Part shown: positions 1 through 11,500 of the stretch, one piece after another
Layout: every line of letters starts with the position of its first letter
Numbering within the stretch: the first letter of the stretch is position 1
Origin: Podarcis cretensis
Lineage: Eukaryota
Assembly (NCBI GenBank): GCA_951804945.1
Contig: OX638154.1
Coordinates: 64,356,001-64,420,000, forward strand
Length of the DNA stretch: 64,000 nucleotides
Direction of reading: 5' to 3'
Made by a program: the position numbers and the translations under genes
Notes under the pieces: generated by a model
Seen by the model: only the letters and a program-made list of their open reading frames with translations
Told to the model about the DNA's origin: nothing
Databases searched by the model: none

Positions 1-1480
1 AGAGCCGAAATTGTCCGTGCTTCCTTTGGGGTGGGAGGTGGTAGAAATCCCTTTATTCCTTTGGTTGCTGCCTCCAGATATCCCCTCCCCCTTCCTACCA
101 ACACATCCTAGGCTTGGTAGTCGGGTTGTGGCTCCAAGGGTGAGGGTAGCGATCTGAGTTGGGTAGGTGTGTACCAGAATCTCTTGATGCTGATGGATGA
201 CGGGCAGAAGGAGGCTAGGTGCTCCACATGATCTACCATGGGGCACTGCTTTGACATCCCTGACCCACAGGGTATGTGGCTGCGTGTGGAACCCATCACA
301 GAACTCTTATCTTATAGAACTTTCTTGCATGGCCATAGCAAGCATGCATGCTTAATGGAGCAGCACCTTGGAGGATTGAGGTAGCAAAGAGAATACTTCC
401 TGCGGTCTATGGCACGGGGTGGAAGGGCAGGTCCCAGGGCCAGTCTTAGGACAAGAGGAAATAGGAGCTTCAGGGACCATTCTGGTTCCTCCTCTAGAAG
501 CTCTTCCAGAGCTCTTGTACTTCCCACAAGCGTGCAGCCCATGGGTTCCAAAGAGGCACCTCCTCTCTTTGGTGGGGGAGGGATGACAACCCCCAAAAGA
601 AGCAAGCCAACACATTCCCCTCATTGGCTATGATACTGCCACTGCACAAAGCTAAACCAGCATGTTCCCATTGACCCTGGGGTTCATTCCTAGCCAGGCC
701 ATGTAGCTATATGAGGCAGGGTCTGAATCCCCAAATACAGGAAGTGGCAGAGGGGGAAAGACTTCAGGAGTAAGACAGAAAGCAGCCTGCCCTGCTGTTT
801 CCTTTGGAGGTTTTCCTGGTGCTTTTGGTGAACGCTGCAGAAGCCACCCAGAAGGGAGCAAGAATCACCTTCCCACACGGTCCTCCCTGGGCGTAGCCAG
901 GGTTTATGTTAGCAGGGGCAGGCTTCATGCTGGGGGGGGGCAGAACCTCAGTTAAGTATTTTTATTGATTTACTTGATCTAGAGGGTCAGCTGCCCCCCT
1001 TAGCCACGCCCATGGGGTCCTCCTTAGGCATTGCACCTGCCTAAGGCTTTGAAGACAGAGTGGGTAAGCCCAACTAAGGGCTGGCTTAGGCTGGCAAACA
1101 AGCTGCATTTCCTCCCCAAAAAAGCAGTGGAGCTGTTGTATGTGCCTGTTCATTTATTATGTCAGCTCCTAAACTGGGGAACACCCTGACGAGGAGGCTT
1201 TTCTTATGTAACCTTTTCCCAGGTCAGGATGGTCCAGGTAAAGGAGGTTTTTGAGGAATATTTCTTTGTTTATTCAGCTCCCCAATCACTTCCAGTCTTG
1301 TTCTGGGGAGTATGGAAAAGCCATAATTTTGCTCTGTTTGCTGGCTGCAGGGGAGATGCCCCCTCCCAAATAACCTTCAGCATCCTCTGAGAACAGCAGC
1401 CCACAGTAAGAATTTGTTTTTTCACAACAAGAACCTGTCTTGTGAATCTTGCTTTATTCCATTCCTTAAGTAGATGGCAA
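1..1480 (-). mobile_element. Decayed DIRS/Ngaro-like (tyrosine-recombinase) retrotransposon fragment
   Basis: GC-rich block. Minus-strand remnants appear in the expected order: SYSYMAWL (gag-like), GMCW..GGC...CLF..H...CG (zinc-finger-like), TPTQLRSL...PDYQA (pol N-terminus-like), KHGQFRL (RT GxFRL motif). Heavily frameshifted; right boundary uncertain. Confidence 0.4.
886..1014. mobile_element. hAT-type MITE nested in the retrotransposon remnant
   Basis: TIRs CCTGGGCGTAGC / GCCACGCCCATG; 8-bp TSD cggtcctc (878-885) / gggtcctc (1015-1022). Confidence 0.65.
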
Positions 1481-2580
1481 ACAAATAATTTTTGATTGAA
1501 ACTGAGGCTTAGTGAGAGGTTTCTTCTGTAGCATTTGATGGAGGAACTACTCAGAGGCTTCTGTTGAGTTGTAATAGGTCTCTTATTGGATTACAAAAGG
1601 AAGCTCATTATTCTAAATGTATAACCCACAAGTTTTCTACTCATTTAAATAGGGTGGGGGTGATAGTACTAGCCTGCTTAGGCAGAAGAGAATGCATGTA
1701 TCTTCAGTTACTTAGTGGATTACATCTATCATCCCTATTTTCTGGAAATAGTTTATTTTATTATCCTTATTAGCTAAAGTAAATCTGATAATGGAAGCCA
1801 GGATAATGATTGGCATTTTCCTGACTCCTTCTGTTCTCAAGATAACTACCAGAATGATGTCTCAAATAACTGCCAGAAGAATGTAGCAGTATTTGGTTGT
1901 ATACAAAACACCTGTAACATCACCATCATAACAGTAATATAACATTGAAAGTTTGTTTTCAAGTCAAATAGCTTTTCACGAAAGTAAGAAGCCCAAATTG
2001 TTGCAAATGTCTGTTGTGGAGAGAATAAAAACAAGTCCACACTTTTTGAAAGGGTACAGCTTTTAAAGCCCATCAGGATACTCGGTTTACTGCCATATAC
2101 ATATGTTAATGGAAAATTGATTGTGGGGTTTGAAAATATAGTTTCTCTTTATTTGGTGTACCAGCAATGTGTAACTGGGCATTTACAATGTAAGACTGCA
2201 ATTGTATGCACTCTTATTTGGGGGGTAAATGTCATTTATCTCAGTGGAACATATTTCTGAGTGAGTATGCATAAGCTGGGATCAGACTGCACTTACATTA
2301 TTGGTTTACACTTCTATATGAGTATTTACTCTATTTTGTATATGATAACCTTTTAGGCATTTCAGAATTTGTTAGTTTGCTTGTAATGCAATCCTAAGCA
2401 TACTTTCCTATAAGTAAGTTTCATGGAAATAAATCCCATTTTACTACTGAGCAGACCTGCTTGGACAGGAGACTGGGATATGCTATTTCATGGAGAGTGA
2501 TATTCTATGCATAAATGCTTATGTTTTTAGAAAATGCTTATTCTCCCTCCCTTTTCTCCATTTGTTAATGCATTCTATAG

Positions 2581-2592
2581 AGGAAAAGTCCG
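2581..2592 (+). CDS. SGIP1: SGIP1 12-nt microexon RKSP
   Basis: ttctatag|AGGAAAAGTCCG|gtaaga; matches RKSP of human SGIP1. Confidence 0.9.
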
Positions 2593-5500
2593 GTAAGAAA
2601 TTATCTATCCCGTTTTCTTTCTTTGTATCTATCATTTTAATGGATTATTTGCATTAGAAAGTATTCACTTTATTTATCTTTTTTTAAAAAAACAGTCTAT
2701 AAAACCAAGAATATAAAATGCAAAATCTTATTATTTACAGGTACTGGTAATTTTCCATTTGGCTTTCTTTATGAGTGGTGGCTAATCCCATTCAATTCAT
2801 ATTGCACATAAATATATGTAATGGTATGAAGCTTTAAATCCTAACAATGCTGGAATAAATGGGGACATTGCAAATTTCCACAAGTAAAGTATGAACCTCT
2901 GTAACTCTACTTCTGGTTTCTTGACTGTTCATAAAATCATTCAGCCATAGTATTTTGTGGCCTATCATCATCATTATTATTATTTACTAAATTTGTATAC
3001 TACTCTTCAGCTGAAGATCCAGTGCTGGATTTTCTTTCATTTCACTGCATTAATTTCTCCAAGTTTTTTAGACAACATGAAGACTGCTGTACAGTCTGGT
3101 TCAACCAGACATCCAGGACTTTGCTATATTGATATGCTAATTTGACCCCTTTCCTAAATTATGGAGACATAAAAAGGGGGTTAGCACCTCCACCACTAAA
3201 TTCATGTATAAGCTTTTACATCCACAGTAATTTTTTTTTTCACTTCCATTGGGCTTATGACATCTGTACCCATCCTGCCACCCCACAAAATCCTCCCTTA
3301 CCTGGGTTGTGTGGCAGCACCTGAGAAGTAGTGGTGAGCTCTGGTAGGATCTTGCAAAGCACATGAGATCTAGCCAGAAACTGCCACTGCTGCTTCTCTG
3401 CTAGTGTGGGTGGGGTGCCCATGGGGGAGTCTCCTCATGGGTGGGCCAAGGAATACACGTTGCGTACTTATGAGAATTAGACCTATTTGGTTTACTCTGC
3501 TTTGTGGTGGAAGTTAGTGTAAAAGCACAATTGCAGCAACAACCTGCACTGGCGTGGAGAGGGGTGGGGTGAGAATAGCATGACAGGCACTTTCATCTTG
3601 TTATCTGTAGACTCATCATGATGAACTATTTCCTGCAATAACGTGCACACTTTCCACAGTTCAACTGGCTACTATATGCGTGTGTAAACAGGCTTCCACT
3701 CAGCTACCCCTTCCCGATACAACAGTTGCAGTTGAGGGCATGTAGCCCTCTAAACAAAGCTGAAATCTGCTGATGGGCTGTTTGGCAGTAAGAACAGAAT
3801 TCAGTCCCCTTGGACAGCAGCTGATCAGTGAATCTTAGCTTTGTTTAAAAGGTTATATGTGCATGGTCTCAGCTGCTTCATATGACGTTCTGTAGGATCG
3901 GATCAGGGCTGGCCCACCCATGAGGAGACTCCCCCATGAGGAAAATTGTGTCTGCTTGGTGGGCTGAGACCAAAACTAAAGGCTAAATTAGTGGCATACT
4001 AGATATTTGCAGATTCCTTTCCTCAGCCTTAAATGTCACAGATAAGTAGAAGTGGCAAGCAGTTGCTTACTGAAAAGAATGAAAGGAAAATATGTATTGA
4101 CAAATACTTGGCTAGTGTGTATTGGCATTGCTCCACTGAAGTAACTGAAACTGTGTGAGATCATGAGCACAGTAGTATCCAAGCTATAGCCAAAAATAGC
4201 CCAACTCTCTCCAGAGAGCACTGCTGCTTCAGTTATATTTATTTATTTTAGAGGTTTACATACCACCAGTAGACAAAAGTATCTAAGCGGTGAAGACAAC
4301 ACACTCATAAAAGAGCATAAATGGTATAAATTACTCGGCATTTCCTGGTTAGTTTGATTTGCATTGCAATATGATTCCAAACTGATCCTTGTGCATCTTC
4401 GGCTCTGTTGTTTTTATAATCTCATCTAAATCAATAGCCAAGAGCATTTTTGAACATTTATGCACTCATGTTCAACAAGTGTCTCACCTATATTCCTTTA
4501 TTTGGGCAGTCATAAATACATTATTACCCATTTTGGTATGGGGGAACTAAGAAGGATGGCTTGCCTAATCTCTGTTTGCATCTTGTATGCCACAGCATTT
4601 CCTGTATTTATAAGAATTAATGTGATCATTCTTCGGAAAACTCGTGACGTGTGTGCCTGTTTGTCTGTATTTCTCTACTAATTTCTTGCTGCAAATAAGC
4701 CAACACAGTAGAACTCTAATTTGCCAATTTAATTTTTAACAAGGATTTACTAGAGAGATATGAGAAGGGGAGCTTGAGGGCAGATTAAAATTTGCTAGGC
4801 TTCTTAACAATCAATGTCTCACCCTTCCATACCTATGGCATGTCTTCCTTTAGTTAGGTTTGTGGGGTATCAAGGTGTCAGACTACAAACGACAAGGTAG
4901 ATCTGTGATTGGATAATCTTTTTTGTTTTAAAAACTTAAGAGCAGTGACAAAGAGCCCCTCAGCAGCTCTGAGTTGAGGGAATATTTACCCTTTCCCCCT
5001 GGGTCAGTTTCAGAATTTGGAGTGCTATGTGCAGGCTGCCATTCTAGGCTCCATCCTACCAGAGTATCTAAGCTGAGCAGCCCCTTTGGTATTGCTGCAT
5101 AGGCCTCAAGGAGCCTCAAAGTTAACCATTTGTTTCCAAAATTTCTGCAGACATCTATATAGCTTACTCATTAAAAGGACATCAGATAGGTTCAGGATCT
5201 CCATGAGACGGGGAATCTGGGGAAATTGTTTACTTAATTTGTGAAGCTAGAGGAAGATCTCATCATCCAAAGTCCTTTTTTTATTATTGATCTGTCACTG
5301 ACTAGGTATCTTTCTCTCTTCCTTTTTGCTGATAACAGAGGCGCAGCCCGGTAAGACGTTGCATGACTTTTTGCGTTAAATCAGTAGCAGGAATGACTGG
5401 GAGTGCTTGTCATTTGGGTTTAATTTAAATTAGTTTTGTGAACTGCAAGTACAGCAAATTGATCTAACTTAAAAGTAATTGGGTGAAAATTACTGTTCTT

Positions 5501-8500
5501 TCAGGGGTGTGTGGCTATCTGTAGCAGCCTTGTTCTGTTATAGAAATACTGAATGGAACCATACTGGCACTGCTACAGATTCCACATAATACCTGTTCCA
5601 TATTTGTAAAAAAATCCATTGTTTTGTGTGGCAGCACCTCCTCTTTGGAACTCCCTGCCTATTGCAATCAAGCAGATGCCTTCACTGTACTCTTTTCAGT
5701 GCCTGCTAAAAACATTCCTGTTTAGACAAACCTCCCAGATGCTTAGAAAGCTGAGGTAATTTTAATCTGTTTTAGTATTTAAACTTGTGTGTGTTTTAAA
5801 GTAGGGTTGTGGATTTTCTTGTTTATCTTTTTGTAAACCACTTTGAGGTGCCTTTAAAAAAATAAAATCAAGCAATCTCTAAATTTTATTAAATAAATCA
5901 AATATTGCTTAGGAATTCTTTCATGTTTTATTTAAGTCTCAGTAGTGCCACTCTTGAAACTGCCCTACACAGAAACTGTCCTCCTTGGAGAAATTGATAA
6001 TTTTTGGGTTACTTCATTTTGAATAAAGCAGTCTGCCAACTCTCATGATTGTTCAGAAAATTTTCAAACCAATTTCTTCATAGAACAAGGAAGCAACCAT
6101 GCTAACTGAATTGAGCTATTGCCAAGATGAACTTCCCTGGTTGATTTTCTTTTTCTTTTGTTTTTGAGGTTCTGACCAAAATTTTTTCACACTTGCTATT
6201 CCAGAATAAGAATACATCCATATACTTCCTGCAATGTATTCCTTTGATGTGATAAGACGCCTATTTAACAAAACTGTGCAAAAAATAGCTTGGTCTTACA
6301 GCTTACTATTGGCTTCAAAAGAGAGAATTTGATGGAACATTATTTGTTTAATTGGCATGTGTTAACATCAGATATCTCATAGGCCGATAATATGCCTAGA
6401 ATATCCATTAGAATATGTTTCTGAGGATTGACTACAGAATGGAAATCTTGGCAAGAATCAGCTAGTGACGTGTTTGGCTAGGAACCAATTCTCTTTCACC
6501 AGACTTCTGCCTACAGTGCTAACAATAATTTTGTTGTCCTTAATAACTCCCTTCCTTGAACTTTGGTGTTACTGTCTCTTCCTGTAGCATAGAAGTATTC
6601 TTAGTGGAGATATTATTACAAAGCGTGATTTGAAAGGAGAAGTTTTTGCAAGAATTTGCCTAGAAAAACTGTTTTCTTTGACAATATATGCATTTTGCAG
6701 AAACATTGTGTGAGTGAAGGATGGATGGATGATGGTGGCAGAGATATGAGAATTAGTGACTGACAGTAAATTTGCCATATCTTCCCTGTTGCTATGGCAA
6801 ATACTGTTGACAGCTGTTCTGATACCTTTTGCACATTCAGACATTGTTTCCCACCTGCCTCCTACTTTTAGAAGTTTTATCTCCTTCCCCCTGTCCCCAC
6901 CAATTGTTTCTTTATATCTTCTGGAATATTAAAGCCTGCTTGGAAACAGGATTTCAGTCCAAAGGCGGTGATCAAGTGTGTGAGACTATGTATGAGTGCA
7001 TTCAGAAGTTCTAGAACAGTAAATAAATGACTTGTCAAGCTCTCTGGATTTGTTTGGCACATCGTTGCAATTCCAAAATGTATGATCACTTTTTGTTTGT
7101 TTGTCTTGATTCAAAAACCTGAAATTCTCAGGCAGTGCATTTGTAGCAGCTAATCAAATATTCTATTTGCCTATATCTGGTATATGTGTGTGAATGAATC
7201 TGCACTGGGGTACAAACCTCCAAAATGAAGAATGTGAATCCAAGTTAATGTATATTTTATTTTAGCAGTGTTAATGCCTAATTCTGTTTTCTTTCTTTTC
7301 AACAAAGGCAAGCTGCCATTTATTGTACATGTCTAAAAGTATAATCCTATAGTCCTAAACTGTAGTTTTTGCTTTTAATTGTAGGGTTCAATTAAAAGGA
7401 ATTTATCTAGTAAGTATATCTATTTACTGATTTTTTTCTGGAACACAATATATCTCAGGAAGTTGGATATATTTAGAATCATCAAGATTACATAATTTTA
7501 CATCTTAATTTTCAAACTCTAGAATCATCGGAACAACTAATTTTTAAGAGACTAAAGTCTATATATTGTTAATAGGATAGTCCTCAAAACGCTATGAGGA
7601 CATTATTCCATGCACTAGTATTAAATTATGCATGAATCCATAATGTAAAATTAACAGACTCTGACAGTCTCAAAATGAGATGACGCATTTTAAATGAAAA
7701 GGCATATGGAGTATTTGCAATTGGCTGAATGCACAAACCAGTTCAACAGGGCCTAAAATTACAAGATGTTCGTAAACTGGAACGATGAAGGGTATGGCTG
7801 AAATGGGATTTTCTAAAGCTTTTCCATAAAATTGGGCCACATGAAAATAGGTTAATGGCAAGTCGTGGAGTCAGTTTATTATCTCACAACAAATGCATTA
7901 TATGTTTTTAAGGTAGTAAATGAATAATATTTTTAGCAAGTTATATTCTGTTAAGAGACACCCATCATGAGTAATGTGAGGGGAGCAATTTGAAGCTGGA
8001 AGAGCATGCAGGGTCACGTTGACATGAATTATGAAAACTGGTTCAAATTATTCTGGAAAGGGACAACATAGTTAAGCTTGGACCTAGCACTATCTAAGCA
8101 CTAAAACTAGTAAGAAATGGACTTGCGGAAGGAACGCTGTGGTGGCGCTGACATTATCAAATAGTTATGTGAACAAGTTTTCTAGAAGACACTATGATAA
8201 AATTACCTTAAAATGGTGTCTTATGTGCTAGGTGAAGAGATAGCAAGGCCCAGGCGTTCAACACCTACTCCAGAGCTTCTAAGGTTAGTATAAATGTTAA
8301 ATTATATTTTTAAAAAACCTCATTCAAGTCATGGATGGTGTGGAATCCTTGTACCCAAAAGATGTACGTGCTCTTGTTCTGGCTTACCAAGTCCTATCTG
8401 TCAAGCCTGTGCACACCTCATTATAGGAAAAGGCAGACCCTTATCCTTCTGTATGGAATGTAGCCTACTGAAGAAAGATAAGTCACATAATTGCTCCACC

Positions 8501-11500
8501 CACTTTTTGCCTCTGGCCCTGCCCACCGCTGCAATGCAGCCCTCAATTGCTTTCCTTTGAGGAAACGCTGCCTTGAACTGAAAATGGTTCCCCACCCCTA
8601 CTGTAAAAAACAAAAAAAAATCAAAAACTCTGCCTGTCACCTCTGCTGAATAAAAGATCCTTGCGCGTAATTATCATTCAGCATCTGTGTTGTGCTGCAG
8701 CAAAAGAGCCCCGGAAGATCCTGCAGTACTAGCGCCATTATTTGGTCCACCTCTGGAGTCTGCATTTGAAGAAGAGAAGTTAGAAGGTAGGTGTTGCCAG
8801 TTAACTTTATCAATGTACCTTTCTATGTCTGACATGACGTTTTGTTTAATTTGTTTTACATCTTTATTTCATATGCCCGAGTTCTCTGAAGAGGTGTGGG
8901 CTACAAACTCAGTGAATCACATAAATATAAACTGTTTGTGAACGCAAATGAGTCTGTGAGTATGTATGTGTGCACTTGGTGAAATCTGCCACAAGTTAAA
9001 AAGGAGAAAGAAGTGTTTAGCAATTTCTAGGCAACCACATGATAGGGGCGCAGGTGGCGCTGTGGGTTAAAGCCTCAGCGCCTAGGACTTGCTGATCGAA
9101 AGGTCGGCGGTTCGAATCCCTGCGGCGGGGTGCGCTCCCGCTGCTCGGTCCCAGCGCCTGCCAACCTAGCAGTTCGAAAGCACCTCCGGGTGCAAGTAGA
9201 TAAATAGGGACCGCTTACCAGCGGGAAGGTAAACGGCGTTTCCGTGTGCGGCTCTGGCTCGCCAGATGCAGCTTTGTCACGCTGGCCACGTGACCCGGAA
9301 GTGTCTCCGGACAGCGCTGGCCCCTGGCCTCTTGAGTGAGATGGGCGCACAACCCCAGAGTCTGTCAAGACTGGCCCGTACGGGCAGGGGTACCTTTACC
9401 TTTACCTTTAGGCAACCACATGATGTTAATTCCCAGACAAGAAGCAACTAATATTTGTCCATTGTTTGCTTTTCTGCCCTGTGGGGTAGTTGGTGCTAAG
9501 GGTATCTTGTCCCAAGCCCAAGTGTAGGGTTCAGCTAACACCCCTTGCAATCCACTTTCCACCAGTGCTTCCTAGCCTTTCCCAATCCTGGCCTTAGTCA
9601 AGAGCAAGCTGGGTTGCTGATTCCTATTATATGTGACCCAGAAAAAACATGAGATCAAGCCACTGGACGCGGGTGGCGCTGTGGGTAAAAAAAATTAAAA
9701 TTGTATAAATCCTTATATTATCTATTTACTATGTTAACAATCAATAAATTTGTGTGTGTTTATTCAAAAAAAACAACAACAAAACCTCAGGGCCTAGGAC
9801 TTGCTGATCGTAAGGTCGGCGGTTCAAATCCCCGCGGCGGGGTGAGCTCCTGCCGTTCGGTCCCAGCTCCTGCCCACCTAGCAGTTCGAAAGTACCCCTA
9901 ACTAAGTGCAAGTAGATAAATAGGTACCGCTTTCTAGCGGGAAGGTAAACGGCGTTTCCGTGTGCAGCTCTGGTGCTGGCTCGCCAGAGCAGCTTCGTCA
10001 CGCTGGCCTCGTGACCCGGAAGTGTCTTTGGATGGCGCCGGCTCCCGGCCTCTTAAACGAGATGAGCACGCAACCCCAGAGTCGGACACGACTGGCCCGT
10101 ACGGGCAGGGGTACCTTTACTTTTACCTTTTACAAGCCATCCAAGGTGAGAATGTGGCTGAATACTTCCTTTCCTCACTCATTATTCTGAATGGACAGAC
10201 CTGCATGAAAATCTATGGTCATATTGATTCTAACTCAGCACTGAATTAGGGGAATGGTTGTGGTAATTTAGGTGTCACTGTAAAGCTTTTGTGTTTTGCA
10301 TATGACAGCTCCAACCATGTTACTTTTATTGGCAGAAATCTTGATACCAGAAAAGCAGTTAACTTCCTCATTGGCTAGAGGCACCAGGAGGCCATTGATC
10401 TGTGTATCAATCTGTGTGTGCGTGCGTGCGTGCGCATGCATGCGTGCACATCCGGGGCAGAAAGACACTCAGAATGGTATTCACGAATTTGGTGGTATAT
10501 GCATTTCCCAGCACTGAAATTCATTTGTGGGTTTTGAAAAATGGTTATTAACAATTTATTTCCAACAAAATTCATATTCTTGTTGTATTCCCTTCTCATT
10601 TTCCTCCTGCCATAATCTATCAGGTAGCTCCTACAGTTCAGTTTGGAATTAAGTTCTCACTTTACTTCTAGATTTGTATGCATCATGTTATATGTCTGTG
10701 ACTTCAGCTCCCATAGATCACTCTGAGGTCTGGGGTTCTGTGCAGCCAGCAAGTCCAAGTGTAGAATCACCGAATTCATCACGACCTTTTCCATCTGGAA
10801 GTAAGTTGAGGCATCTCCTATTTGAAAAATTGGTGGGGGGTTTTCATTTTGTTTTTCTCTACAAAACACTGAAACGTGAGATGGAAGTGGCAATGTTGAG
10901 GGTTATTGCTCATTATACTGTCATGGAAGCAAAGAGATATTAGTTGAATTATGCATTGGAAACGCAGCTTTCAGAAAAGGCAAAGAGACGATTCGGAGTC
11001 CCTGAGGAGAAAAGCCTCTGTGATCTCAATTTGCAAAGCTAAACTTGACTCCTTCCTATCCGAAAGACAAGTCACCTAGCAACCAGTGCAGCATGCCATA
11101 AATACACAAGCTCCTAATAAGAACCAAAAATTGGATTCGTGGATGTGGAAAAGCAGAATAAAACTTCACAACATTTATATTAAAACATATAGTTCACACT
11201 GGAGAATGGAAACAAAAAAGTTGTCATCTCATAAAATATCAACCACAACAAAAGGCAGGTGATTCTTGGTGCTTAGACTCTGCGGCATGTGCTGCCATAT
11301 CATAATGGTGATGGGGAGAGAAGAGGGATTTATTTTTTTTACCTATCTTCTTCTATGGGGATGAGAAACCCTTTTTGCTCTCAAGAGCCACCTGCAGCAA
11401 TAGGTAGAAGCTGGGGATGGGGAAGTACACAAGCACCTTTACACACAGTCGTGTGAAGTTTACTTGACTTTACCTCCCCAACACAGTTGTGCTTCCCAAC

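Noticed and set aside
9055-9121. tRNA-like A/B boxes
   Set aside because: Head of a Sauria SINE, not a tRNA gene
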